Part shown: piece by piece, positions 47,764 to 62,291 of the stretch
How the letters are laid out: every line of letters starts with the position of its first letter
How positions within the stretch are numbered: the stretch's first letter is position 1
Assembly: GCF_009914755.1 (NCBI RefSeq)
Contig: NC_060938.1
From: the human T2T-CHM13v2.0 reference genome, Homo sapiens
DNA: 64,000 bases
Direction: 5' to 3' (one strand)
Notes under the pieces: generated by a model
Seen by the model: the letters and a program-made list of their open reading frames with translations, nothing else
What the model was told of the DNA's origin: nothing
Database searches by the model: none
Position numbers and translations under genes: made by a program

Positions 47764-48462
47764 ACATCAGTTAGAATGGAGATCATTAAAAAGTCAGGAA
47801 ACAACAGGTGCTGGAGAGGATGTGGAGAAATAGGAACACGTTTACACTGTTGGTGGGACTGTAAACTGGTTCAACCATTGTGGAAGACAGTGTGGCGATT
47901 CCCTAAGGGTCTAGAACTAGAAATATCATTTGACCCAGCCATCCCATTACTGGGTATATACCCAAAGGATTATAAATCATGCTGCTCTAAAGACACATGC
48001 ACACGTATGTTTATTGTGGCACTATTCACAATAGCAAAGACTTGGAACCAACCCAAATGTCCATCAATGATAGACTGGATGAAGAAAATGTGGCACATAT
48101 ACACCATGGAATACTATGCAACCATAAAAAATGATGAGTTCATGTCCTTTGTAGGGACATGGATGAAGCTGGAAACCATCATTCTCAGCAAACTATCACA
48201 GGACCCAAACACCACATGTTCTCACTCACAGGTGGGAATTGAACAATGAGAACACTTGGACACAGGAAGGGGAACATCACACACTGGGGCCTGTTGTGGG
48301 GCAGGGGGAAGGGGGAGGGATAGCATTAGGAGATATACCTAATGTAAATGATGAGTTAATGGGTGCAGCACACCAACATGGCACATGTATATGTATGTAA
48401 CAAACCTGCACATTGTGCACATGTGCCCTAGAATTTAAAGTATAAAAAAAAAAGAACAAAAA
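47764..48462 (+). mobile_element. Non-inverted 3' segment of the same L1PA (ORF2 C-terminus, 3'UTR, polyA)
   Basis: ORF 47776..48249 (CWRGCGE, HCWWDC). TSD AAA(T/C)TGCATTCTCA at 45841-45854 / 48463-48476 encloses both segments. Confidence 0.95.
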
Positions 48463-48649
48463 AAACTGCATTCTCACTCTGTCTTCACTCAAGAGGGAGA
48501 ATGAGGGAACCACTTTGTGTTTTTTTTTTTTTTATAAGGGGATAAGCTCCATTCACCAGGGCTCTATTCTTTGGACCTACTTACCTCACAAAGCCCCACC
48601 TTCAAATACCATCATATTGGGATATTCTAATAATTCCCCCCTCTAAAAG

Positions 48650-48890
48650 ATAGTACTGAGTAGCTGTTATCAGCATGGACCATACAGCTAGACTGCTTGG
48701 GTTGAAATCCCAGCTCTGTCAATATCTGTGTGACCTAGAGCAACTTAGTTATTCCCTTGTGCTCAATTTTTACATCTTTTATAATAAGGATAATAATAAC
48801 ACTTACATCACAGGATTGTGAAGAATAAATGAGTTATTATTTGTAAATGATTTATAAGAGGGCTTTGCAGATTGTTAGCATGATAATAAC
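48650..48890 (+). mobile_element. MIR
   Basis: GGGTTGAAATCCCAGCTCTG..TGTGTGACCT core. Confidence 0.8.
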
Positions 48891-49479
48891 TTTAATTAAA
48901 AAATGTCTTCTGCATCATCAGAATTCACTTTCTACTAGATTATTTTCATAACCATACATAATTTTTATTTTCTCTTTTATTAAAAACACTTCCTCATAAC
49001 TCCAATTCCCCCTTTAGCTACTGCCTCACTTTTTATTCCCTTTACAGCAGAACTCCTAAGGAGAATTGACTCCATTCTCTGTCTCTACGTCATCTTGTAT
49101 TATTCCAGGTTTTCATCCATACCACTCCCTAAATCTGTTCTTCTCAAAGTCACAAGTCACTTTGATGCTGCTAAGTCCCATGATCAATTCTCAGTTTTCA
49201 TTTTTCTTCGATTATTAGCAATACTTCATATATTACACAGTTAATTACACTGTTAATTTCTCCCCTCTTTTAGATATTCTTTGTTCTCTTGGCTTCTAAG
49301 ACTGCACATGCTCTTAATTTCCCTGCCATCTCATTGGTCACTCCTTTTCAGTCTGCTTTTCCAGTTAGTTTCTTTCTCCCTAACTTCTTAATATTGGCGA
49401 ATTCCAGGTCTCCATCACTGGTCCTTTTCTGTTTTGTTACTTTCCTCAGTTTCTTGGCAAGCTAATTTCTGCCCATGCC

Positions 49480-49740
<261 letters not shown>

Positions 49741-49749
49741 TCCCAATGA

Positions 49750-50049
<300 letters not shown>

Positions 50050-50146
50050 CGCCGTGACTTTTAATACCTCCATTACAGTGATTCGTAAATACTATCTCTC
50101 ACTAAAACCTGTCTCCCAAAGCCTAGACTAATATATACGAATACCC

Positions 50147-52232
50147 TCTTATAGACTGAATGTTCATGTCCCCTAAAAATTTGTGTGTTGAAATCTAATC
50201 CTCAATGTGATATTTGGAGCTGGGCTTTGGGAGGTAAGTAGGTCATAAAGAATGGAGCTCTGGTGAATGGAGTTCATGCCTTTATAAAAGGGAGCTTCCT
50301 CATTCTCTCTCTCAAGCGAGGACACAGTGAGAATACAATTTATAAACAAGAAAATGAGCCTTCTTTAGACACTGAATCTACCAGGCCTTGATCTTGGACT
50401 TCCCAGCCTTCAAAACAGCGAGAAATAAATTTTTGTTATTTATCAGCCATCTAGTCTATGGTGTTGTGTTATAGAAGCCTGGACAGACTGAGACAGAATT
50501 GGTACTGAGATTGGGAGGTCTGATGTAACAAATACCTAACAACATGGAAATGGCTTTGGAATCAAGTAGTGGGTAGAGGCTGAAAGAGTTTTGGGGTACA
50601 TACCAGAAAAAGCCTACATTGCCGTAAATGGGTCATTAAGGACAATTCTTGTAAGGGCTCAGAAAAAAAAAAGGGAAGAGCTTCAGAGAAAGCTTCAATT
50701 TTCTCAGAAAATATTTAAGTAGTCAGTCCTGAACGGAATGCTAGTACAAGTATAAATGGTAAAGACAATTCTGATGAGTTCTTAGATAGAAATGAACAAT
50801 ATGTAATTGGACACTAGAAGAAAAGTTATTTTTGTATAAAGTGGCAAAGCACCTGGTTGAATTGTGTTTGTGTTGTAGTGATTTTGGAAGGTAGAACTTG
50901 TGAGCAATGAAATTGGATATCTGGCTGAGGAAATCTCTAAGCAAAGTACAGAAACTGTAGCCTGGCTCCTTATAACTGTTTATAGTAGAATTTTAGAAGA
51001 GAGAAATACGATTTAAAGATTGAATTGTTAAGCAAAAAGGAGCTAGAAATTAGAGATTTAGTAAATGTTTTACCTACTTATATTAAAAAGAATAAGAATG
51101 ACTATGTTGGGTGAGAATGCTGAGTGTGGCCACATGACTTATAAGAAGATTAGTATGAATGTGAACCACAGATGTGATCACTGACCACATTAAAAAACCT
51201 ATTAGTTTGAACTGAAGAGGAAGGAGAAAGAAAGAGATTAAGGAAAGCTGTTGGACTTCTTGGATTTTACAGGATAAGACCATAGAGCTATTTGGCTGCA
51301 AATGTACACTATTCTTCAAAGCGAGGAAAGAATGATCCTGAAGGTGACTGAGAAATCACCAGGGCTGCCTCCTAAGTTTCAAAAGGCAGGACTATTGTTT
51401 TCCCTTTAACAGATAAGATAGCCTCTGCCCAAAGCCTTAGAAGTGAGGGTTCATCTTTAGTGATCCCTGGGGCAGGAATTCTACTCAGAGGGTCCCGAAG
51501 GCAGGATCACAGCCCCAGTTGGCCTGGAAGGCCGATTATTGAACCAAACAGGATTATTCTTGGGTCTTAAGATCACATGAAGCTTGGGACTTGTCACCCA
51601 TTTCTTCTTTCCTATTTCTCCCTTTTGGAATGAAAATGTATATATTATGCCTTTCCCACAATTTATTTTGGAAGCACATAACATACTTGGTTTTATATGT
51701 TCATAGCTGGAAGATAATGTGTCTCAAAATGAATCATACTTTGAATTTCACCCCTATATGATTTAGATGATATTCAGATAAAATGTTGGACTTTAGACTT
51801 TAAAGTTGATGCTAGAAGGCATTTAGACTTTAGGGGTTGTTGGGATAAAATTAGTGTATTTTGCATGTGAGAAAATAAACTCTGGGGGCTAGGGATGGAA
51901 CATTATAGGCTGAATGTTGGTGTCCCCCCCAAATTGAAAGTTGAAATCTTAATATCCAATGTGATGGTATTTGGAGATGGGGTCTGTGTGAGGTGAATGG
52001 GATTAATGCCTTTATAAAGAGACTTCCTCATCCCTTCTGCTATGTGAGTACAAAGTGAGAAGACAGCTGTCTATGAATCAGGAAGCAAGCCCTTACCAGA
52101 CACCAAATTTGCCTGTGCCTTGATATCAGACTTTCTAGCCTCCAGAACTGTGAGAAATAAATTTCTGCTGTTTATTATAAGCCACCCAGGCTATAGTATT
52201 CTGTTATATAGTAGCCCAGATGAATTAAGACA
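50147..52232 (+). mobile_element. MLT1A-type MaLR with both LTRs (50147-50495, 51901-52232) and internal region
   Basis: Two homologous LTRs, internal start AATTGGTACTGAG, purine tract GGGGCTAGGGATGGAA before the 3' LTR. Confidence 0.88.
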
Positions 52233-54199
52233 TGCTCTATGAATCCTTATATTCTGCACTATCATATTGACTCCCTACCCAGCCCTATCACATTTTTTAA
52301 TGTCCTCCGTTTTTCATTTGCTCACTATACTTCAGCCACATTGGAATCCTTGTCATTTCTTGAGCATTACAAAAAGACTTCCATTGTAGGACTTTCGTAC
52401 TACAGATTTTGCCTTCCTGCAATGCTCTTCCCTAGATAACCATATCATTACCTCCCTCACGATTTTCAAGTGATTGCTCAGATTCTACCTCCACAATGTG
52501 GCCTATTTTTACTATCCTATTTAATTCTGTAACTGTGCTTTTTATGAAGATGCGTTCTTCATTGTCTTTATTCTGCTACTCTCTGTCATGATTTTTTCCA
52601 TGGCACTTAAATCATGTAATATACTATGAAGTTACTTATTCATTATTTTCATTATTTATTTTCTGTTTTTCCTGCTGGAATATATGCTCAATGAGGGTAA
52701 AAATTATCTACATCTTTTTTGTTTATATATATACTAAGGACTTAATTAGATACCTGTCATAAATATTTGTTGAATGGATGAATAAAAACAAAGAGACCAA
52801 TAGAAGGAGATCTAAAACACTGCCATTTCCTACTGCCCGTGCCAGCACTCTAATAATTTTCTTAGGAAGCTCAATTGAATATTTAAAAGTTTATTAGCTT
52901 TGAATTATTGAGAACAAGGGGTATAACAACTTTTTCATTATTCACTGACAAATGCAGGCTGTTTGCCATTTCATATATATGAAGGTTTAGATAATCTCCT
53001 ATGAAATGGTATTCAAAAAATTTTTGTTTTTAAATCCCTCTATTTAGAAGCACTTACTATATTTTCAAACATTAGTAATTGTGGTTTGAATTATACATGG
53101 TTCTTTTTAATTTATTTACTTAATAGTCTAAATGTAGAGTACCAAGAAGCCAATGTGGCACGTGAGAATCAACTTTTGCACAAGATAGAGTGATCTTACA
53201 GTTCGGTTAGGGTAGACAGTTCTCTGCTTATCTTCAATAATGCTTGAGTGACTAATACTGACCAATGGCCAAGGTGTTCATAATAAGATATTTGAATTTT
53301 GAAAGTGTCCTGCAGGTACCTGGGGCTAGTTTGTTTAGGGATGTATTGATTAATGGTTTGCATCAAGGTTGGCAAGTCACATTGCCTGGCTTTACTAGAA
53401 GATTCCACTAAAACAGCTTCCCAGTCTCTCTTGAAACCAGGATTTCTCACACATATCTTGGTGGTTCATGATCTGGAAATGAAGCACATCCTGGGCTATG
53501 AATTCCAGGGAGCTGTGCCTAGAAGTCTCTTGGGCTCCCAAGTCTTGTCTATGCGCTCTTTTTCCTGAAATACCACATCCTTTACCTTTACTTAAGGACT
53601 AATGCATGTGTGTGTAATCTATGGAGTTTTGTGAGTTCTTTCAATTATATTTGTATAATTTACACAGTGTTTATGCTGTTTTTCAAGAAAGACATTATTA
53701 TGTATTTCAAGTTCTAATTTACACTTATTTCAGTGTGGTTTTCATAAGGTTTAATTAGAAAGAAGTAGCCAATATTTTTATCAGTTATCTGATCTGATCA
53801 ACTTCCAGCTTCTGATAAATTGTCATATTTTTCTTGTTATTTTGAAACACCAGTATAAAGATCAAAGACCTTTAGTAGGGTAGGCTGCTAATCAGATTTT
53901 TCATTATTATAAGATGATTTGACTACTGTTTTGTCACTTCTTAACTTCTGTGTGTTGTATAGACTTTTAAGGCCATGTTGTATTGTTTTTTTGAATATAG
54001 TTCTCTTTTTTTATAACAGCATGAAATTATATTTTACTTCTGTAACTCTAATAATTGTCAAATGTATTTTTAAACTGACTTCTTTTAAATGAAGCAAATT
54101 ACTATTTATCTAACTTACCCGTAAAGTTTAAAAGATATACTTTATAGAAATTTACTCTCTTCATTACTGTGCTGCATTTTTCTGATGATTTTCACACAG

Positions 54200-54248
54200 T
54201 CAGAGAATTCAAAAGATGAACTTTAAGGCAAAGTCATGTCATCGTTGA
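54200..54248 (+). CDS. Candidate terminal coding exon E: (S)QRIQKMNFKAKSCHR* (phase 2), or SENSKDEL* (phase 0, stop 54224-54226)
   Basis: Long pyrimidine-rich, AG-free stretch ending ttttcacacag|T. Stop followed by ~300 nt of unique sequence and AATAAA. Confidence 0.5.
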
Positions 54249-54544
54249 TCTCTTGCACAACAATCCTTGAAGCACTAATGACTCAAAATGGTTACAATAT
54301 TTCATTACCATGGAAATTGGAAGTGATGACTGTGACCTTGATGTATGAGGTGGTGACCCAAAACATGTAATGGATTCTGAGTCCTGAGGTGCTTGACAGT
54401 TATGTTTGTATAACCTTTTGGGATCAAAGTGTTTACTTAAATTTGTTGGTAAGCTACATATTTTAAAACAAAATTGTTATTCTACTATTTTTTGTTCTGT
54501 TTGAATATAGCTATACAATTTCTGATAAGTGGCTATATTTGTTG

Positions 54545-54550
54545 AATAAA
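54545..54550 (+). terminator. Candidate polyadenylation signal AATAAA
   Basis: First canonical hexamer after exon E, with T/GT-rich sequence downstream. Confidence 0.45.
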
Positions 54551-54759
54551 AACTATAAAAGTATCTTGAAATATTTGTACAATTTGTATTTATGAATGAA
54601 AAAATAGCTTTCCTTTAAAGAAATGTTTGGATAGAAAACTCTAAGACAGAAATAATAATAGTTAGCTAACTGTCATGCTTATTGGTTTATCCATAATGTG
54701 TTTTCTTTTCAAACAATGTATTTCAGTTTCCCATGACATTGTTTTACTCTGAAGTAACC

Positions 54760-55625
54760 CATTTATTTATTTATTTATTTATTCCTTCCTTCCTTCATTC
54801 ATTCATTCATTTATCTTTTAAATTCAAGGTTTACATGTGTTTATTTCTTTCATGGGTGTATTAGTCCATTTTCACATTGCTAATAAAGACATACCTGAAA
54901 CTGGGAAGAAAAAGAGGTCTAATGGACTTATAGTTCCATGCGGCTGGGGAGGCTTCACAATTGTGGAAGGCAAAGAGGAGCAAGTCACATCTAATATGGA
55001 TGACAGCAGGCAAAAAGAGAGCTTATGCAGGGAAACTCCCCTTATAAAACCATCAGATCTTGTGAGACTTATTTACTATCATGAGAATAGCATGGGAAAG
55101 ACCTGTCACCATGATTCAATTACCACCCACTGGGTCGCTCCACAACACATGGGAATTCAAGATGAGATTTGGGTGGGGGCATAGCCAAATGATATCAGTG
55201 GGTATATTGCATGCTGGTGGGAATTGGGCTTTTAGTGTACTCATTACTCAAATGGTAAACATTGTAACCAGTAGGTATTTTTTCATCCCTCACCCCCTCC
55301 CACTCTTTCCCCTTTGGACTCTGCAGCATATATTATATTCATCTTTATGTCCATGTGTACCCATTGTCTAGCTCCCCCTTATGAGTAAGAACATTTGGTA
55401 TTTGGTTTTCTGTTTCTGAGTTAGTTCACATTGGATGCGTTAGCTCCATCCATCCATGTTGCTGCAAAGGACATGATTTCATTCTTTTTTATAGCTGTAT
55501 AGTATTTCATGGTGTATATATACCATCTTCTTTGCTTTCCAGGCAACTGTTGATGGACACTTACGTTGGTTTCATGGATTTGGTGCTGTGAATAGTGCTT
55601 CAATGAATATATGAGTATAGCTGTC
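54760..55625 (-). mobile_element. L1PB/L1MA 3' end, split by THE1 LTR
   Basis: 3'UTR motifs. ORF 55421..55603 contains WYIYTMKYYTAIKKNEIMSFAATWM. Confidence 0.88.
54857..55197 (-). mobile_element. THE1B-like solo LTR
   Basis: TGTATTAGTCC...ATATCA, TSD ATGGG/GTGGG. Confidence 0.92.
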
Positions 55626-55639
55626 TAAATTTTACAAAT

Positions 55640-56010
55640 TATTTTTGTGGAAAATGCTTGTCATGTGATCACCATCACTATTTTTTGTTCCCAGTTTTCA
55701 TTGCAAATGTAGGGGAAAAATAACTGCTTTTGGCAAAAGAATGGTGGCAGAAGTGATGCACACCACTTCTAGTCCTAGATCTCCCAGGAGATCTACCACA
55801 TTCTTTCTGTCCCTTTGATCTCCCAATTGAATGCTGATTATTCAGCATAAAATTGCATAGCCCTAGAGTGAAGGACCCCTGATTATTGAACTACTGTTAG
55901 TAGAAGAGCCAGTCAAACAGCAATATCTACATTGTACTTTGCATGAGTGGCACATATACATTTATTTAGTTTAGTTTATCAAAAAGAAATGAGCATATCC
56001 TGACTAATAC
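55640..56010 (+). mobile_element. Old MLT1 LTR
   Basis: GGCAGAAGTGATG..CCACTTCTAG and terminal CCTGACTAATACA. Confidence 0.6.
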
Positions 56011-56166
56011 AGCTTCTTTATATTTTTAAAATGTATATCATACCTAAATTGTCACTTAATCATGTGAATTTTGCCATGTCATGACTTCATTGATTAAAAT
56101 TTTCTAAACTGTCTTGTCCTAAAACACTGGTATACTGACAGCAAAGTAAAAAAGTAAGTTATATTT

Positions 56167-56404
56167 TGATAAAATAAAAACTTCAGCCGAATTAAATTTA
56201 AAGGAGTTTAATTGAGCAATGAATGATTCGTGAATTGGACAGCCTCCTAAATCAGAATAGGCTCTGAAACCAGTGCAGCCACATGGTGGAAGAAGATTTA
56301 TGGACAGAAAAAGGAAAGTGACATACAGAAAATGGAAGTGAGTAACCTTTAGGCTGAACTTAAAATATGTAAGGAGGCAGCGTTAGCCTAAACCTGATTT
56401 AACA
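56167..56404 (-). mobile_element. MER57-like ERV1 solo LTR with internal deletion
   Basis: AACTTCAGCCGAATTAAATTTAAAGGAGTTTAATTGAGC...AATATGTAAGGAGGCAGC..TTAACA, 4-bp TSD ATTT/ATTC. Confidence 0.75.
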
Positions 56405-56684
56405 ATTCTGATAGTAATGCTTTTTTGGGGAGTAAGGAAAGGCAAGTTGGGGTCAAGATAATGAATTTGACTACCTTCTAGATTTAAGATGATAATTTTA
56501 ATACAAAATATTATATAATTGTTAAAACAAATGAATCCTATTAAATGGCTATCAAGTTTTTATTATTATTGGCTGAAAATCCAGCCAAAAATCTCCTATT
56601 TAGATACATGTTCCTAGACTATTCTTTCTTTTACATCATACCTATGTTTTACTTTAATTTTATAAAACACTATAAAGTCCAGTA

Positions 56685-57110
56685 CAATTTCATTCGACAT
56701 TTAGTCAACACAAATTTATTGAAGACCTAATATCTTCCAGACAAGATGTTAAGTTCTGAGTTATACAACAGTGAAGAAATCAAACATGAATCGTATCCTT
56801 ATACACTTGGGTTCTAATAGGAAAACAGATTTCTAATACTTAATTATACAAATCATTTCATTACAATTATAGTAAACAAATAGATGTAGGGATCTGTGAG
56901 AGTATATTGTAAGGAACCTAATCTAATATGGGGAAAAGAGGAATATTTACTGAGAAAAGGACATTTGTATTGGGATATCACAAAAAGAAAGAAAGAAAAA
57001 GGGTAAAGGGAAGGAAAGAAAAGAGAAAGGAAAGAAAATAAAAGTCTCAGACCTGGCCAGTTTTGTGAGGAGATATTCCTGTCAGGAATAACATCAGCTG
57101 CACAGTTGGA
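56685..57110 (-). mobile_element. L2 3' end
   Basis: AAATTTATTGAAGACCTA tail motif. Confidence 0.65.
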
Positions 57111-57124
57111 AATAGGAGTATTTT

Positions 57125-57820
57125 AAAACCAATACAGAAAATTGTGGCAATTCTTTGATATTGCACCAACATTCAACAAATAATATTTTAATAGAGATTA
57201 GTTGAGGTGTGGAATCTAAATTCTTAGTGAACATTTCATAATTATGTTAAAACCCATTTGTCTTTCTTGCACTTTGAGTAATTATGTGACATCATGTATT
57301 AATCATTGGGAAAATGTTGATTCACCGAGTTATGCAGATCTTAAAAATGTTAGCATGCTTCATTATACAATAATTTAAAGATCAAATTTATTAATATAAT
57401 GTATAAATATCACCATCAATGTCATCAGGAAAGTCTTTAAGTATGAAAAACTATAAGCTCATGCAGGTAAGATATAGGTTTTTAAAAATTCTAAATTTAA
57501 CTTGAATGCTCAAATTTTATCATTAGCAACAAATGCTGTCAATTGTTTTCCTTGAAGTGACAGGCTCACTTTGAATATTTTTTGAAAATTTCCATCAAAT
57601 ATCCAAGTTTGAGTTCCTGTGTTTTTTTCCTGTCATTCTTTTAAGTAAATATTGAATTTCTTGGAAAATTGACTAGTTCAGCTTAAAATGCAATCAAGTG
57701 CTTTTCCTTGAGACAGTCATTGTGCTTCATTATGTAGCAGAAGTATTTTAAGCCTACTTTCCATTTTCTTATGCAGAAATTAAAAAATTCATGTAACTGA
57801 AGAGTTAAAGTTTGATGAAA
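57125..57820. mobile_element. Charlie1-type hAT DNA transposon fragment
   Basis: GAGTTATGCAGATCTT, TTTTCCTTGAAGTGACAGGCTCACTT, TCATTATGTAGCAGAAGT motifs. Confidence 0.7.
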
Positions 57821-59737
57821 TAGGAGCGTGAGTGAAGCAAGATGACTACCAATCATCCCCTGTAAAGGAACACCAAATTTAACAACTATCTACACAAAAA
57901 ACACCTACATAAGAGCCAAAAACCAGGTGAGCACTCACAGTACCCAGTTTTAATTTATATCACTGAAAGAGGCACTGAAGAAGGCAGGAAAGAGAGTCTT
58001 GAATTGCTGATGCCATGCCTACTGCACACCCAGCAGCAGCTGAGTGGTGTAGAGAGATAATATTTGTGCTTGGGAGAGAGAGAGTACAGTGATAGTGAGA
58101 CTTTGAATTGAACTCAGTGCTGCCCTGTCACGGGGGAAGACAAAACTGGGCTGAATTTAGCTGATACCCACCCATGGAGGGAGCATAGACTAGCTCTTGA
58201 TACAGAGTAATCTCCAATCCCAGTGGTCAGAACTTGAGTTCCAGCAAGCCTTCCCACCATGGGCTAAAGTGCACTGAGGTTCTAAATAAAGTTGATAGGC
58301 AGTCTAGTCCACAAGAACTGCAACTGCTAGGTAAGTCCTAGTGCTGAGCTGGGCCCAGAGCCAGTGGACATAAAGGGTAGAAGACCTACTGAGATATTAA
58401 CCAGAGCAGGCAGACTCCAGGCAGCATGGCTTGTGGCTCCAAAAGAGACCCCTTCCCTTTGCTTGAGGAGAGGAGAGGGAACTATAAAGAGGTTGCTGTC
58501 TTGCATTTTGGATATCAGCTCAGCCACAGTAAGATAAGGCAGTGGTCAGAGTCATGAGGCCCCTATTCCAATCACTCAGTCCCATATGACATTTTCAGAC
58601 ACACTGTTGGCCAGCAGGGAAGACACTGACTTTAAGAGAAGGACTGAGTCCTGGGAGGCCCCATAACCTGCTGACTAAAGAGCCCTTGTACCTGAATTAC
58701 CAGCAGTGATACTCAGGTAGTGTGCTGTGGGCCTTGGGTTAGACTCTGAGATGTACCAGCTTCGGGTGAGATCCAGCACATGCCCAGTTGTGGTGCATAA
58801 GGGAGAGACTTCTTTTTCTTGAGAAAAGCAGGGAGAAAAGTAAAAGTGATTTTGTCTTACACCTTGGGTACCACCTCAGCCACAGGGGGATAGAGAATCA
58901 TACTCTTGGGGTTTGTAATTCCAGGTAATGGCTCTTGGATGGCATTTCTTGACCTTCCCTGGGCCAGAGATAGCGCATTTCCCTGAAAGACAAGTCCCAA
59001 GCCTGGCAGCAGTCACCACAAGCTGACTGAAGAGCCCTTGGACCTTAGTGAACATTAGTAGTAGCCTGGCAGTACTCCCCATAGGCCTGTGGTTGTTACC
59101 ATGGGGTAAGGCTCATTTGCTTGCAGAAAGGGAAGGGAAGAGTGAGAAAGACTGCGTCTCATGGTTTGAATGGCAACTTAGCTGCAATACAATAGAACAT
59201 GAGGTTGATTTCTAAGATTTTTGATTTCAGTCCCTGGATCCTGGATGTTACCCCTGGCACTGCCCAGGGCCTGGGGGAACTTGCTGCCCTGAAGGGAAGG
59301 ATGCAAGCTTGGCTGGCATAGCCACCTGTCATTGTAGAGCCCTAGGGCCTTGAGAAAACATAGGTGTTATCTAGGCAGTGGTTACGGTGGGCCTTGGGTG
59401 AGACTCAGTGTTGTGCTGGCTTCAGGTCTGTTCCAACACAGTCTCAGAGGTGGCACCTATAGGGTTGCTTATGTCACCCCAGCCCCAGCTACATGTGGCT
59501 CAGCACAAAGAGATACTCCATTTGTTTGGGAGAAAGTAAGGGAAGAGAACAAGAGTCTCTTCCTGGCACACCACATAATTCTTTTAAATCTTGTCCAAGA
59601 CAATAATGGTGGTGCCTCTACAAGTCTTCAAGAACCATAGCATTACTGGGTTTGCGGTGCTACAGAAAGCAGATACAGCTTATATCACAACACACAAGTC
59701 CTTTCAAATATCTAGAAAGGCTTCTCCAGAGAGATGG

Positions 59738-62291
59738 TGTGTTACTCTATTGTCATGCTACTAATAAAGACATACCCGAGACTGGGCAATTTACAAAAGA
59801 AAGAACTTTAATGGACTCACTGTTCCATATGGCTGGGGAGGCCGCACAATCATGGTGAAAGGTGAAAAGATTGTCTCACATGGCAGCAGACAAGAGAAGA
59901 GAGCTTGTGCAGGGAAACTCCACCTTATAAGACCATCAGATCTCATGAAACTTATTCACTGTCATGAGAACCGCATGGGAAATACCTGCCCTCATGATTC
60001 ATTTACCTCCCACCAGGTGTCTCCCACAACATGTGAGAATTCAAGATGATATTTGGGTGTGGACACAGCCAAACCATATCATTTCACCCCAGCCCCTCCC
60101 AAATTTCATGTCCTCGTATTTCAAAACCAATCATGCTTTCCCAACAGTCCTCCAAAGTCTTAACTTATTTCAGCATTAACCCAAAAAAGTCCACAATCAA
60201 ATGTCTCATCCAAGGCAAGACAAGTCCTTTATGCCTATGAGCCTGTAAAATCAAAAGCAAGTTAGCTACTTCCTAGATACAATTGGGGTACAGGCGTTGG
60301 GTAAGTAGAGCCATTTCAAATGAAAGAAATTGACCAAAACAAAGGGGCTACAGGACCCATGAAAGTCTGAAATCCAGTGGGGTAGTTAAATCTTAAAGCT
60401 CCAACATGATCTCTTTTAACTCCATGTCTCACATCCAGGTCACACTGATGCAAGAGGTGGGCTACTTCAGCCTTGGGAAGCTCTCCACCTGTGGCTATGC
60501 AGGGTATACACCCCCTCCTAGCTGCGTTTATGGGCTGGCATTGAGTGTCTGTGGCTTTTCAAGGTGCATGGTGAAAGCTGTTGGTGGATCTACCATTCTG
60601 GGGTCTGGAGGATGGTGGCCCTCTTTTCACAGCTCCACTATGTCATGCCCCAGTAGGGACTCTGTGTGAGGGCTCTGACCCCACATTTCCCTTCCACACT
60701 ACCCTAGCAGAGGTTCTCCATGAGGGCTCTGCCCCTGCAGCAAACTTCTGCCGAGACATCAAGATGTTTCCATACATCCTCTGAAATCTAGGCAGAGGTT
60801 CCCAAACCTCAATTCTTTTGAGATGGAATCTTACTCGGTCACCCAGTCTAGAGTACAGTGGCACAATCTTGGCTCACTGCAACCTCTGCTGCCCAGGTTC
60901 AAGTGATTCCCCTGCCTCAGCCTTCTGAGTAGCTGGGATTACAGGCGCCTGCCACCACACCTGGTGAATTTTTGTAGTTTTAGTAGAGACAGGGTTTCAC
61001 CATCTTGGCCAGGCTGGTCTTGAACTCCTGACCTTGTGATCCATCCACCTCAGCCTCCCAAAGTGCTGGGATTACAGGTGTGAGCCACTGCGCCCAGCCA
61101 AATTTCCATTCTTGACTTCTGTGCACCCACAGGCTCAACACCTTGTGGAAGCTGCCAAGGTTTGGGGCTTGCACCCTCTGAAGCAACAGCCTGAGCTGTG
61201 CCTTTTAGTCATGGGTGCAGTGGCTGAGATGCAGGGCACCAATTCTCTAGATTGCACACAGCAGAGGGACCCTGGGCTCAACCCATGGAACCATTTTTTT
61301 CTCCTAAACCTCTGGGCCTATGATGGGAGGGGCTGCCACAAATATCTCTGACATGCCCTGGAGACATTTTCCCCATTGTCTTGGTGATGAACATTTGTCT
61401 CCTCATTACTCATGCAAATTTCTGCAGCCAGCTTGAATTTCTTCTCAGAAAATGGGATTTTCTTTTCAATCACATTGTCAGGCTGCAACTTTTCCAAACT
61501 TTTATGCTCAGCTACCCTTATAAAATTGAATGCCTTTAACAGCAGCCAAGTCACCTCTTGAATGCTTTGCTGTTTAGAAACTTCTTCCACCAGATACCCC
61601 AAATCATCTCTCTCAAGTTCAATGTTCCCCAAATCTTCAGGGCAGGGGCAAAATGCATCCAGTCTCTTTGCTAAAACATAACAATAGTCACCTTTGCTCC
61701 AGTTCCCAACAAATTCCTCATCTCCATCTGGGACCACCTCAGCCTGGATTTTATTGTCCATATCATTATCAGCATTTTGGTCAAAGCCATTCAACAAGTC
61801 TCTAAGAAGTTCCAAACTTTCCCACATTTCCCTGTTCTTCTGAGCCCTCCAAACTGTTCCAACCTCTGCCTGCTACCCAGTTCCCAAGTCACTTCCACAT
61901 TTTCAGGTATCTTTATAGCAGTGCACCACTACCTTGGTCCCAATGTACTATATTAGTCTATTTTCATGCTGCTGATAAAGACATACTCGAGACTGGGCAA
62001 TTTACAGAAGAAAGAGGTTTAATGGACTCATAGTTCCACATGGCTGAGGCAGCCTCACAATCATGGTGGAAGGTGAAAGAAATCATTCACATGGAGGCAG
62101 ACAAGAGAAGAGAGCTTGTGCAGGGAAACTTTCCCTTTTAAAATCATCAGATATCCTGAGACTTATTCACTACCCTGAGAACAGCACAGGAATGACCTGC
62201 CCCTGTGATTCAATTACTTCCCACTGGGTCTCTCCCCAACACGTGAGAATTCACAATGAGATTTGGGTGGGGACACAGCCAAACCATATCA
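59738..62291 (-). mobile_element. Full-structure THE1 element: LTRs 59738-60081 and 61949-62291 plus internal region
   Basis: Two LTRs, TSD GATGG/GACGG. ORF 61318..61827 (MWESLELLRDLLNGFDQNAD) is the MaLR internal ORF remnant. Confidence 0.95.
60815..61099 (-). mobile_element. AluS inserted in THE1 internal region, almost no A-tail
   Basis: TSD AAACCTCAATTCTT / AAATTTCCATTCTT. Confidence 0.92.
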